In this document: positions 31,234 through 40,662 of the stretch, piece by piece
Position numbering within the stretch: the first letter of the stretch is position 1
How the letters are laid out: each line of letters opens with the position of its first letter
Program-made: the position numbers and the translations under genes
The notes under the pieces: generated by a model
What the model was told of the DNA's origin: nothing
Databases searched by the model: none
Seen by the model: the letters and a program-made list of their open reading frames with translations, nothing else
Assembly: GCA_963833125.1 (NCBI GenBank)
Contig: CAWHWX010000009.1
Span: 32,001 to 96,000, forward strand
Direction: 5' to 3'
DNA: 64,000 nucleotides
Source of the DNA: Candidatus Bathyarchaeota archaeon
GTDB taxonomy: Archaea; Thermoproteota; Bathyarchaeia; 40CM-2-53-6

Positions 31234-31779
31234 TTATTTTACTATGGATTCGAGTGGGACGTAGGTGTCGGTGTCGTGTACGGCGCCGAGTTTAGCGATC
31301 TTGTTCTCCACTAGGGAAGCTATCTTTTTGGGGGGTGGGTTCACGAAGCTCTTCTCAACCTCCAGTTCAGCCAAGACGTCCGCTTTTCCGAAGAGCAGGT
31401 AGACGCCCCGGACCTCGGGCAGCGCCATTAACTTACTCATCAGCCCCTTCTCCTTACCCGCTTCGCTCATGACAAAGACGAAGCCTTTCTGGGTGGGGCG
31501 TTCAGGTGGTCTTGGAGGGTGAACTTCGGCTTCGATTGGTATGATCGTTCTAGTGTCGATGACGCCTCCAGCCTTCCTCACTTTATCGATGACAACTTCA
31601 GCAACCCGTTGCCTGGGGTCAATCTCTGTTTCCTCGGATTCTAGGGCTACTAGTAAGTCGAATTTACCCGTGATCAAGTGAATCTCGCGAACTTCGGGCA
31701 GAGACTTGAAGCGATCAAGGATTTCTTTCTCCATCCCCGGTTTCGTCTTTACGAGAAGAAAACTCCTCAAATCAACCAC
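31234..31779 (-). CDS. Tandem Lrp/AsnC ligand-binding (RAM) domains without an HTH
   Basis: Two repeats of F.LV....G.EK.......LPEVR...L..GK.D.L..LE...DT.T..P. Confidence 0.8.
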   Translation of the reverse strand: MVDLRSFLLVKTKPGMEKEILDRFKSLPEVREIHLITGKFDLLVALESEETEIDPRQRVAEVVIDKVRKAGGVIDTRTIIPIEAEVHPPRPPERPTQKGFVFVMSEAGKEKGLMSKLMALPEVRGVYLLFGKADVLAELEVEKSFVNPPPKKIASLVENKIAKLGAVHDTDTYVPLESIVK

Positions 31780-32015
31780 TAACCATCAGTTAACACGAAT
31801 CTTTGACGTTTCAGCGTCATATAAGGTTTGGAGAAAATACGATCTACCAAACTTAGTCCCCATGAGAGCGAAGGGAAACTCAATCAAACGTGAATTTCCA
31901 TTTTGCCTTCCTGAACTCAGAATCAGTGAAATCCCGCGCCGAGTTGATCTAGGGCGCCTGAACGAATCATCCACAATCCGTTTTATTCAGAATATGATTG
32001 TGACCTGCGAGGTGA

Positions 32016-32162
32016 ATGCGAATGGTTCCAACTGGCCTGATATTCCTAGGTTTACTGATCAGAACGATCCTCGGTGCAGCAGTTGTCGTTGCATTAATCT
32101 GGTTGTTCTTCAAGCTCGGCAAACTAGCGGAAGCATACACTAAGAAACTCCAACCAAAATAG
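32016..32162 (+). CDS. Small single-TM protein (not in the ORF track)
   Basis: GAGGTG ribosome-binding site, then (MR)MVPTGLIFLGLLIRTILGAAVVVALIWLFFKLGKLAEAYTKKLQPK*. Confidence 0.6.
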   Translation: MRMVPTGLIFLGLLIRTILGAAVVVALIWLFFKLGKLAEAYTKKLQPK

Positions 32163-32177
32163 TAGGGTGAGTTTGTT

Positions 32178-32282
32178 ATGTTCTGTTCTAACTCTGGCAC
32201 CGAACTCCCGGCTGGAGCACAAGCTTGCTCGAACTGCGGAGCTGCTATAGCTCCGCCGCGGTTCCGGCCTCGGCAACAATAG
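32178..32282 (+). CDS. Zinc-ribbon mini-protein or remnant
   Basis: GGGTGA ribosome-binding site, then MFCSNSGTELPAGAQACSNCGAAIAPPRFRPRQQ*. This matches the MFCxxCG...CxxCG pattern except for one Cys-to-Ser change. Confidence 0.55.
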   Translation: MFCSNSGTELPAGAQACSNCGAAIAPPRFRPRQQ

Positions 32283-32411
32283 AGACATTCTATGATATCG
32301 TTGCCGTCGATACGAAATAGATCGGTGGCACAGTGCAGCAGGAATATTCACATTTACCGGCGTTCGGGAGAAGTCTGGGGTATTGGGTAATTAAAGTTCA
32401 ACACAATTTTT

Positions 32412-33572
32412 TCAACTGGGTGCTGATAGGGATCGGTTGGCGGCTGCGACCCCTGATCCCGGTTGAAACCGATGGGCCTGTTTTCCGAGTGAACCTTCTA
32501 CAGCGGAAAGAGTGGCCAGGATATCGCTTCTGTTCACATTGCCCATATGCCCTACCCTGAACGCCTTATCCTTAAGCGGTCCCAACCCACCCGCAACCAC
32601 AACACCATAATCCTCCGCCATCGACTTGCGAAATTCGGCGTCGCTCACGCCGTTGGGATGATACGCAACGGTGAGAGTGTTTGATGCTGCCGTATCTTCG
32701 CACAAAAGCTGAAGCCCCACGGCTTTGAGGCCAGCGCGGAAGGCGGAAGCCAATTTTGCATGACGTTTGAATCGCTCCTCCAACCCTTCAGAGAGGATCA
32801 TTCTGCAGCTCTCGTTTAGAGCATAGAACAGATTTACTGCTGGAGTTGCGAAGTATTTCGTAGGTTCCTGAAGTATAGGTAGCCAACGCTTGAGGTCCCC
32901 GTAGTAGGAAGATGGCGGAGTTCTCCGTTTCTCCCTTACCCCAAGGGCTTTCGAATCAAACGAGATTACCGTCATGCCTGGTGGAGCGGCGAGAGCCTTT
33001 TGCGATCCCGTGAAGCAAACATTGATTCCCCAATCATCAACCCGAACATCCATCCCACCCATCGAACAAACCGAATCGACAACAAACAACGCACCCTTCG
33101 ACTTTGCCAGCGAACCCAGCTCTTTTACTGGATTGGCCACGCCGGTCGAAGTATCGACGTGCACCACCATCATAGCCTTGTATGTTGTTTCTGAAAGTTT
33201 TCGCTCGATGTCCTCTAGGCGAGCAGCCGAACCCCACGGCACTTCAACCTTGTCCACCTTAGCTCCAAGGTTGTTGGAAATTTCCGCGAGGCGATCTCCG
33301 AAATATCCGGCTGAAATCGACAGCACTTTGTCCCCCGGTTCAATTATGTTTGAAAGCGCGACTTCAGCGCCCAAGGTACCGGTCCCTGCCAACGGAAGTA
33401 TCGTTCCCTTTGTCTGGAATATTCGGCCCAGATCGGCAACAGTTTCTTTGAATATCGTCGCAAATGCCGTACTTGTATGCGAGATTGTAGGACGGGCCAT
33501 TGAGCGTAGAACTATTGGGTCAACGTTCGTAGGGCCAGGAATCATCAGAAGATCACGTTCGCCCATTACCAA
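32412..33572 (-). CDS. Class V PLP aminotransferase (alanine-glyoxylate/serine-pyruvate type)
   Basis: LMIPGPT, HVDTSTG, VDSVCS, TGSQKALAAPPG and FRVGHMG. Confidence 0.93.
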   Translation of the reverse strand: MVMGERDLLMIPGPTNVDPIVLRSMARPTISHTSTAFATIFKETVADLGRIFQTKGTILPLAGTGTLGAEVALSNIIEPGDKVLSISAGYFGDRLAEISNNLGAKVDKVEVPWGSAARLEDIERKLSETTYKAMMVVHVDTSTGVANPVKELGSLAKSKGALFVVDSVCSMGGMDVRVDDWGINVCFTGSQKALAAPPGMTVISFDSKALGVREKRRTPPSSYYGDLKRWLPILQEPTKYFATPAVNLFYALNESCRMILSEGLEERFKRHAKLASAFRAGLKAVGLQLLCEDTAASNTLTVAYHPNGVSDAEFRKSMAEDYGVVVAGGLGPLKDKAFRVGHMGNVNRSDILATLSAVEGSLGKQAHRFQPGSGVAAANRSLSAPS

Positions 33573-33721
33573 ACACCCTCAATGGTGTGGGGCATGTTCA
33601 ATTGGGATTAAGCTTTGCGCAATACTGAACAGAGATTACTTACTAGAAACAGTTCTCCGATTGAATAGCAAGTGGAAGGCACCCACACTTATTATGCCCC
33701 GTAGGGAGATTTTCCAGCGGT

Positions 33722-33859
33722 GCCGGGGTAGCCTAGCTAGGTAAGGCGACAGAGTCCCAGCGGATACTTGGGACGTTGAGCCTCGAGATCTGCTAACAGT
33801 TTGGGCCAAGATAGCTGTTGGTCCTCTGGGCCTCGTGGGTTCAAATCCCACCCCCGGCG
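33722..33859 (+). tRNA. tRNA-Ser(CGA) with two introns: 33753..33780 (position 30/31) and 33788..33812 (position 37/38)
   Basis: Acceptor stem GCCGGGG/CCCCGGC with G73, D stem GCCT/AGGC, spliced anticodon arm ACAGC-CTCGAGA-GCTGT, long variable arm, and T arm GTGGG-TTCAAAT-CCCAC. A TATA-like TTATTAT lies at 33689-33695. Confidence 0.88.
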
Positions 33860-34399
33860 CTTTGACGATAACGCACCGGGTTCTAAGCGATAGACTACCC
33901 TCTTACTTCCAATCCAACCACATTTCATAGAATGAATCAGGATGCAATTTATGATGTGGGAAAGGCCGATGTTTCAGCACGGATTTCGAATAGCAGGTGA
34001 TTTTGAACGCGGCAATTCAGAGTGTCTTTTGCCTATGAACTCTCAGATTGTTTCATTGTCCAATATCCGTTATTATCCGGGTCGGGTTAAGGCGAATTAA
34101 CACTGTTATTGACGATAATTTCATGGGGGCATTAGCATGCGAACTTACAAAGTTTAGAATTCCGACGGAGCGAATTGACATCAACATATCTTCATCACGA
34201 ATTCCATGCTATTTTAGCGGGCGCCCTGTTCCCATTGTAAACAACGCTTACGCCTCAAGGTATCTTTTGAGCGAAACTTGTGAAGGCTAAAGGCGGCCAT
34301 TGGTCACCGTGCGGTCGATTGGATCTTCTCGAGAACGCCAGGTTGCTTTGGGGGTGAACAGTTGTCGTTGTATCCTCTCGTTACCTGATCCTTCAGGAA

Positions 34400-35818
34400 T
34401 TGAGCTTGAAGCTTCTTGCATCCATCGCTTTTCCAGTGCTCATTATAATCGTCTCACTCTCCTCAATCAGTCCTGGTTTTAGTACTCCCACACATGCAGC
34501 CGCATTATATGCAACCGCCTCTAACCAACCATTGCAGGCTTGGATGGATTCTCCCCAAAACACAACCAACGCAACAACAACATCATTTACGTCAACAACA
34601 ATGCTCACGAACAGCTCCGACCCGAGAGTCGACGTGACAGTTGACTCATTTCCGGAAGGTGCGGAACTAATCACGATCGATGGGAGTTCGATTGTGACTC
34701 CTACGGTGTACAGTTGGCAGACAGGCTCGGTTCACACCCTGTCTGCGGTCAGCTCGTTGAGCTGCGGGACATCATGCCAGTTCGTGTTTCAGTCGTGGTC
34801 TGACGGAGGCGAAGCGACCCACACCGTAACGGCTCCCAACTCACCAACGATCTACATCGCCGTATACCAGAAACAGTATCTCCTAACCATCCAATCCAAT
34901 GCTGGAGGCACAACCACTCCGCCTACAGGATGGCAGAACGCCAATGCGGCAGTGCCGATACTGGCCACACCTAACAGCGGCTTCACTTTCGTCGACTGGA
35001 ACGGGTCCACCTTCGTCTCGTGGACCGGGTCCGGTTCAGGCTCGTTTAATGGCACATCGGCTTCCGCTTGGGTGACCATGAATGGACCCATCACCGAGAA
35101 CGCGACCTTTGCTCCGATGACCGCCGAGACGGTCATCACAACTTCAACTCAGACTGCGCTCAACACGACGGTGCAGTATAGTTCGGAACAGATCACGATC
35201 ACATCGAATCCGACCAGTGAAGGGATAATATCCGTGGACGGGACCTCGATCACCACTCCACAGACATTCACCTGGACGAATGGAACGACGCATGTCCTAT
35301 TCGCTCCACAGACCTCCCCATGTCTCAACCCTAATGGAAGCGTGAACTACTCATGCCGGTTTGTTTTTCAAAACTGGTTTGCTCAAAGCAGCGGATTCAT
35401 CAACTCCAATTCTTTCATCTACACCGTTCCCTCGCTGTCAGAGACCGTTATCGCCAACTATCAGCAACAGCAAAATCCCAACTTCGCCTTGAGCATTACC
35501 CCCTCGACCGTCTTCCTGCCTCAGGACGTTTTCATTGGCTCAACAAGCTTCACGTTAACCCTCACAAGCATTAGTGGGTGGAATGGTAGCATCCAGTTCA
35601 CCACTTCACAATTACCTGCCGGCGTGACTCTATCATTTATGCCATCGGCATACTCACTTGATACACCCTATGCATCGTGGAATGTTATAGTGAATATCGC
35701 TGCTTCCGCGCGGCCAGGAAGTTATCCGATAGAGATTACTGCGACCAGTGGCCCACTCATTCAGACAGCCTACGTTACGGTCCTAGTCACGGGTTCTGCC
35801 GCGCGGAGCCTCGTATAG
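34400..35818 (+). CDS. Secreted Ser/Thr-rich surface protein with InlB-B/Flg_new-like and Ig-like repeats
   Basis: Signal peptide; repeats ITxDGxSIxTP..F.W..G..H.L.A...C.FVFQ.W; ATPNSGFTFVDW...MNGPITENATF; a C-terminal PNFALSITP module. Confidence 0.8.
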   Translation: MSLKLLASIAFPVLIIIVSLSSISPGFSTPTHAAALYATASNQPLQAWMDSPQNTTNATTTSFTSTTMLTNSSDPRVDVTVDSFPEGAELITIDGSSIVTPTVYSWQTGSVHTLSAVSSLSCGTSCQFVFQSWSDGGEATHTVTAPNSPTIYIAVYQKQYLLTIQSNAGGTTTPPTGWQNANAAVPILATPNSGFTFVDWNGSTFVSWTGSGSGSFNGTSASAWVTMNGPITENATFAPMTAETVITTSTQTALNTTVQYSSEQITITSNPTSEGIISVDGTSITTPQTFTWTNGTTHVLFAPQTSPCLNPNGSVNYSCRFVFQNWFAQSSGFINSNSFIYTVPSLSETVIANYQQQQNPNFALSITPSTVFLPQDVFIGSTSFTLTLTSISGWNGSIQFTTSQLPAGVTLSFMPSAYSLDTPYASWNVIVNIAASARPGSYPIEITATSGPLIQTAYVTVLVTGSAARSLV

Positions 35819-35991
35819 TCGGCTTACCGCCTTCAGAGAACTCACTCAGAAATACATTTGCACGTTTCTCCAAAGTATCGGAAATTGCATGTACTTTCTC
35901 CTCGATAGTTCTGAAAGCGACTTCTAGAGGGAATAGGATGCGATTCGCAATTGCAAGTAACTGGTAGATTTCGTGCATTCGGTGCGAGAGA

Positions 35992-36300
35992 TTAATTACT
36001 TATCGAGTTGACAGACTGTTGCACTTTGTTGGACAACTCTGCTGGGCAGCTTTTGCCTAAGCACGCCGAATACTCAGGACAACGTGCGTTTGTTTCCCGA
36101 AATGGCCACAGCCCATGTCGAGCTAAAATTACATTGATTTCTTTCAGAGACTTAGGTTCCCGGAATGAACCGAATCCTTCGATGGAAAGACGATATTCCG
36201 AATTGCGAACCTTAACCTGCGCTTTGCTTTTCGGCGCCCCATTCTCAAGTACACAGTCGAGTCGGTAAGTTCCATCTGGACATTTCGTCCACAATTTCAT
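35992..36300 (-). CDS. Hypothetical protein with a C-terminal Cys cluster
   Basis: ATG preceded by GAGGGTG; CPEYSACLGKSC near the C-terminus. Confidence 0.5.
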   Translation of the reverse strand: MKLWTKCPDGTYRLDCVLENGAPKSKAQVKVRNSEYRLSIEGFGSFREPKSLKEINVILARHGLWPFRETNARCPEYSACLGKSCPAELSNKVQQSVNSISN

Positions 36301-36479
36301 AACACCCTCAGTTACCCCTTACGTCGGCCGTGACGAGAGTAACTTTACCCTACAAGCATATTCATGTGCCCTGAAGTACTATATGGAGATTTGCAATCAA
36401 TAATAGAAACCGGAAGAGAATCCTTCTGACGCTTGTCCCACCCATTTTTCTGTAACACCTGAACTGAGTAGGCTTGGGT

Positions 36480-36953
36480 CTACCTCGCCTGAAGTAGAGA
36501 TTCGGTTTCATTGATCTGACCAGCGTAAATCTTCTTGTCCTCTTCGTCCTTGATAGACTCCAATTCCTTGTGCGCCTTCACAATGTAGCCTCTAGCCAAT
36601 TGAGGCTGTTGCGCTAATGCATGCGCTCGGGCCATCCCTTCGTATGCGGATGGGAGCAAGTCGGACAGATTATTCTTAACTACTAATTCTAGAGATGATT
36701 TTGCAAAGAGGAGCGACGGTTCTGCTTGTTTGAGTTCGGCATATACTCGTGATATTTGCCATTCTCCTACGGCGATGGGGATGATGTTTCCGATTAGGCC
36801 CCAGTGGTACCTTGATGCATGCGCTAGGACTAGCATCTGCCTGTCATCGTCAGCAGTCCGATTTTTCTTCTCCAGATAATCCCAGGTCTTATTGAAGCAT
36901 TGTTTTGCAATTTTTCTATGAAATACCATTTCCTGCTCTGGTACTTCGGGCAT
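36480..36953 (-). CDS. Conserved helical (TPR-like) hypothetical protein
   Basis: FNKTWDYLEK, AHASRYHW, GEWQISRVYA and AYEGMARA. Confidence 0.75.
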   Translation of the reverse strand: MPEVPEQEMVFHRKIAKQCFNKTWDYLEKKNRTADDDRQMLVLAHASRYHWGLIGNIIPIAVGEWQISRVYAELKQAEPSLLFAKSSLELVVKNNLSDLLPSAYEGMARAHALAQQPQLARGYIVKAHKELESIKDEEDKKIYAGQINETESLLQAR

Positions 36954-36997
36954 GGCTTAGAAACCTGATTTTAGCGGGTTTAGTGGTTACTAACGTA

Positions 36998-37411
36998 TCA
37001 AACTTCGTGAACGGTTTTCTGACTCCATTCACCTTTCTTCAGTTTCAACCCAGGGATACCCCAGCTCCACGACGTTTGCGGAGTTATCCGAAGATATTTT
37101 CCAGGGCCGAACATACCGTTATGCTCCACGACCTCTGCTGTTCCGAATAACTTGATTCCGCGAGGCTTCCAAGGATCAACGGATTCTAGATCGTCAATAA
37201 CTAATCCCACTCGGTTGTTGCCGGTTCTGACGCTCTTGTATTTGCGGGTCCTGAGAAAGATGTCTTGACTGTGGCTTCCGATGTAGAAGTATTTGCCATC
37301 GAATTCGAACGCCACTGGAACGACCTCAGGTTGACCTTTCTTGGATACGGTCGCAATTCTACTGAGCCGCTGAGACTTCAGGTATTCAATCTCTGTAGCT
37401 GAATATGGCAA
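36998..37411 (-). CDS. PPOX-class (putative F420-dependent) oxidoreductase
   Basis: YLKSQRLSRIATV...QPEVVPV, VIDDL.SVDPWKPRGI and ITP..SWSWG. Confidence 0.85.
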   Translation of the reverse strand: MPYSATEIEYLKSQRLSRIATVSKKGQPEVVPVAFEFDGKYFYIGSHSQDIFLRTRKYKSVRTGNNRVGLVIDDLESVDPWKPRGIKLFGTAEVVEHNGMFGPGKYLRITPQTSWSWGIPGLKLKKGEWSQKTVHEV

Positions 37412-37568
37412 GCCTAATCTCCCTATTGTATGCCTACCTACGATTTATTGACTTACCTTTTGTTCGGCCGACGCAGAGTTGACACCAGAACCAGTAGTTT
37501 CAGAAACTCTAGTTCGTCCATTTTTATCTGAGTTACTTCATATTCAGAAACTCTCGGAACTAAACTGA

Positions 37569-38468
37569 GTGAAAAAAATGAGTAGCACCACTCTTTCGGA
37601 TTTCGCATATCTCAGCGCGGTGGACGAGTATACCGACTATGTGGTCTACAAGAAACTGTCAGGCCTGGGGTTTGAGAAACGGCATAGGTTTAGTGGCACA
37701 TTGAAACGATTGTCTGGGATGGAGTACGGACACTACCGTTTTTGGATCAAATATTGCCCCGAAAGAAAGATAGGAGTAAGCAATCTCAAAGTTTACTTCA
37801 TAATTCTCATACGCCTGTTGCTGGGAGTTACATTCGCCGTCAAGTTTCTTGAAAGACATGAAATGGGTACAATAAAGAAATACAAGGAAGTCGCGAACCT
37901 AATCCCACAAAGAGATCGTTCTCAGTTCAGAAAGATGGTAGCGGATGAAGTGGAGCACGAGAATATATTCGTCGATCAGTTTGATGAGCCTCAGATCAAG
38001 TACATTTCATTCATTGTTCTCGGTCTTGCGGACGCTTTAGTGGAAATCGGGGGGATTCATGCTGGCTCGCTGGGAATTTATAACTCAACTGAGCTGGCAG
38101 GCTTGGCTGGGATTATAGCGGGTGCAGCGGCCTCGATAGCCATGGCGTCAGCAGCCTATGCTCAAGCAAGAACTGGTTTCAAGGGCTCAGCGACTCTTTC
38201 AGCAATCTACACGGGCATATCTTATTTCGTGACCGCGGTCATCCTAGCTACGCCGTACTTTCTGACAAAGATAATGGTTGATGCGTTGACCGCGTCATTG
38301 GTGCTCGCGGTTGTTTTGATAGCGTTCATAAGTCTCTATGAGTCAGTAATTTCCGGCGCTGCATTCAGGAAACAATTCATCGAAATTACGAGCATCATGT
38401 TCGGGGCAACGGTAGCACTCTACCTAATCGGAACCGTCATCAGAATCCTCACCGGGATAACGATTTGA
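37569..38468 (+). CDS. Rubrerythrin/ferritin-like domain fused to a VIT1/CCC1 transporter domain
   Basis: ExxH motifs (EYGH, EVEHE), then VLGLADALVE and AGAAASIAMA TM segments. Confidence 0.87.
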   Translation: MKKMSSTTLSDFAYLSAVDEYTDYVVYKKLSGLGFEKRHRFSGTLKRLSGMEYGHYRFWIKYCPERKIGVSNLKVYFIILIRLLLGVTFAVKFLERHEMGTIKKYKEVANLIPQRDRSQFRKMVADEVEHENIFVDQFDEPQIKYISFIVLGLADALVEIGGIHAGSLGIYNSTELAGLAGIIAGAAASIAMASAAYAQARTGFKGSATLSAIYTGISYFVTAVILATPYFLTKIMVDALTASLVLAVVLIAFISLYESVISGAAFRKQFIEITSIMFGATVALYLIGTVIRILTGITI

Positions 38469-38640
38469 AACTACCGTCATCTAGCATCTCCCGGCAGAAG
38501 GAACAAAGCTCATTAGGAAACACCGTCGCAATGTGGAGTGCGGCTTAGCCCGTGTGGTCAACTTGACGCATAAACCACTAGATGAAGAGGAAATCCGGCC
38601 TGCGTTGGCCGCCTAACTCCCCTCTTTTTCTTTGAGGTAA

Positions 38641-40188
38641 CTAGCTTGATTCTTTGATTAAGTCTCCCCAGACTTTGGCCGGCTTCCAGTTGTACACGAT
38701 TGTTTTGAGTCGGGTCATCTCTTCTATGCTGTATCCGATGCCTTCCCTACCGATTCCAGAATCCTTGTTGCCGCCAAATGGATAGTAGCCAACACCATGA
38801 CGAGGGGCAGCGTTTATCGTCACTTCGCCATCTTCCAAACGCTTGGCCACTTTCCTAGCAAGATTGATGTCGTTTGTGAAAACGCAGGAATCCAACCCGA
38901 ATCTAGACTTGTTCGCAAGCTGAATAGCCTCGTCAACATCTTTCACATATCCAATCGGAATAACAGGTCCGAAGGTTTCTTCCCACATGACTCTAGCATC
39001 GATAGGAACTGCATCAAGAACAGTAGGTTGGTAGTAATTGCCCTCGTGCTTTCCACCAGTGAGCAGCTTTGCTCCCCTGTTTACTGCGTCCGTGACCAGC
39101 TCATGAACTCGCTCAACAGCAGTGTGATCTATTAACGGGCCTAACTTAACGGATGAATCACGCGGATCTCCCATCTTGTAAGATCCTACTTCTTTCATCA
39201 GCCTCTTTACGAATATGTTCGCGATTTCCTGTTCAACAAATACTCGTGAGATAGCGTCGCATCTTTGGCCGCTGTAGCTCAGCGATCCTTTGGCAGTCTC
39301 AGTCGCGGCAAGTTCAAGATTGGCATCTTTGAGTATGATGGCGCAGCCTTTTCCTCCGAGTTCCATGTGCAGTCCTTTGAGACCTGCAACTTTCGCGAGA
39401 GTTTTTCCAATATCCGTGCTACCAGTGAATGTCAACATGCTGATTTTGTCTTGGGCTGCGAGATATTCGCCGATGGGGCCTCTCCCAGTTATCACGTTTA
39501 GGGATCCCTTGGGGATGCCTGCTATGTCTAGGAGGCTTGCGAACATTAGAAAGCAGAGCGGGTCTTTGCTTGAGGTTTTCACTACGACCGAGTTACCAGC
39601 CAAGAGTGCTGGAATGACTTTGGTTGCGGTTATGTACAGTGGGTAATTGAACGGTGAGATTGCGAGAACCACTCCCAACGGTTCTCTAAGCACGTCTGCG
39701 TCGGTTCCAAGTGTCTCATCAGACCAGTCACCAGGTATGTGTTCCCCCCGAATCTTCCCATACTCCTCTGGAGTAAGTTTCAACCGTTCTGCGGTCGCCT
39801 TGACTTCGCCTTCAGCATTGGAGGCAGGCTTGCCGGCTTCTAAAGTTAGGATTGAAACGAATGATTCCGTGTTCTGCAACAGCAGTTCTCGCGTGCGTCG
39901 GAATATCTCAATCTTCTTTACGGCCGGAATGGCTCTGATGACGCTGCGATTAGTGTACGCCGCCTCCACCGCGCGCCCAGCCTCCTGCTCAGATGAACTC
40001 GGAACAGTTGCAACTAACCCGCCGTCAATAGGGCTTCGAACTTCAATTCGTTCCTTTAGCGAGATCCAAGCGCCATCAAGAAGCATTTTGAAGTCTAAGG
40101 ATCCGGAGTCGGACAAATCGTAAATGGGTTCGAAAACCGTTCCAAGCTTCGGCTTGTGTTGAATTGTTACCATGACTATGGCCTCCAT
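38641..40188 (-). CDS. gapN: Non-phosphorylating NAD(P)-dependent glyceraldehyde-3-phosphate dehydrogenase
   Basis: ALDH motifs PFNYP, FTGS, ELGGK, SGQRCDA and EETFGP, plus archaeal GAPN-like GEHIPGDW and PRHGVGYYPFGG. Confidence 0.88.
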   Translation of the reverse strand: MEAIVMVTIQHKPKLGTVFEPIYDLSDSGSLDFKMLLDGAWISLKERIEVRSPIDGGLVATVPSSSEQEAGRAVEAAYTNRSVIRAIPAVKKIEIFRRTRELLLQNTESFVSILTLEAGKPASNAEGEVKATAERLKLTPEEYGKIRGEHIPGDWSDETLGTDADVLREPLGVVLAISPFNYPLYITATKVIPALLAGNSVVVKTSSKDPLCFLMFASLLDIAGIPKGSLNVITGRGPIGEYLAAQDKISMLTFTGSTDIGKTLAKVAGLKGLHMELGGKGCAIILKDANLELAATETAKGSLSYSGQRCDAISRVFVEQEIANIFVKRLMKEVGSYKMGDPRDSSVKLGPLIDHTAVERVHELVTDAVNRGAKLLTGGKHEGNYYQPTVLDAVPIDARVMWEETFGPVIPIGYVKDVDEAIQLANKSRFGLDSCVFTNDINLARKVAKRLEDGEVTINAAPRHGVGYYPFGGNKDSGIGREGIGYSIEEMTRLKTIVYNWKPAKVWGDLIKESS

Positions 40189-40194
40189 CGACTC

Positions 40195-40590
40195 CTAATC
40201 GAGTATCGCCTCAGCCTCGATTTCCACGAGAATTTCCGGGCTGATCAGTTTCTTAACCTCGATCATGCTAGTTGTCGGCCTAATGTTCTTGAAGACTGCA
40301 CCATGGGCCTTTCCAACCTCCTCCCAGCGGCCTATGTCCGTGACGTAAATTCTCGTCCGAACCACATCTTCGAGCTTGGAACCAACCGATTCCAGCGCTC
40401 CTCGAATATTATTCAGAGTTTGAACAGTCTGCTTCCCCGGACCTCCGACACCGACCAATTTCCCTTCAGAGTCCGTCGCCGTTGTACCGGAAACATGTAC
40501 GATTTTGCCTACCCTGATTGCTCGCGAATAGCCAACTATCGGTTCCCATTTCGTCCCGGAAGAATACTTCACCCTATCAGCCATGCTCAT
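40195..40590 (-). CDS. RidA/YjgF family protein
   Basis: WEPIVGYSRA, VSGTT, VVRTRIY and LVEIEAEA. Confidence 0.92.
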   Translation of the reverse strand: MSMADRVKYSSGTKWEPIVGYSRAIRVGKIVHVSGTTATDSEGKLVGVGGPGKQTVQTLNNIRGALESVGSKLEDVVRTRIYVTDIGRWEEVGKAHGAVFKNIRPTTSMIEVKKLISPEILVEIEAEAILD

Positions 40591-40662
40591 CCATCCACCG
40601 AATACCCGAATTGGACAGCGTCTATAAAGCGGCCCCCATAAGTTTGCACTTGGGAGCAAGAC

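Noticed and set aside
32974-33744. Long opposite-strand ORFs (also 9309..9704, 39647..40123, 50427..50876 and similar)
   Set aside because: They are antisense shadows of well-supported genes and carry no motifs of their own.
33749-33818. Alternative anticodon stem ACAGA/TCTG(T) for the tRNA
   Set aside because: BHB geometry of intron 1 gives ACAGC, which pairs with GCTGT and places intron 2 at the canonical 37/38 site.
35787-35978. 63-aa minus-strand ORF
   Set aside because: It has no motif, overlaps the end of the surface-protein gene, and has no independent support.
38480-38640. tmRNA or hammerhead ribozyme
   Set aside because: There is no tRNA-Ala-like acceptor or T arm, and CTAGATGAAGAGGAAA lacks the exact CUGANGA core and stem II. 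It is kept only as a low-ranked mini-ORF finding.
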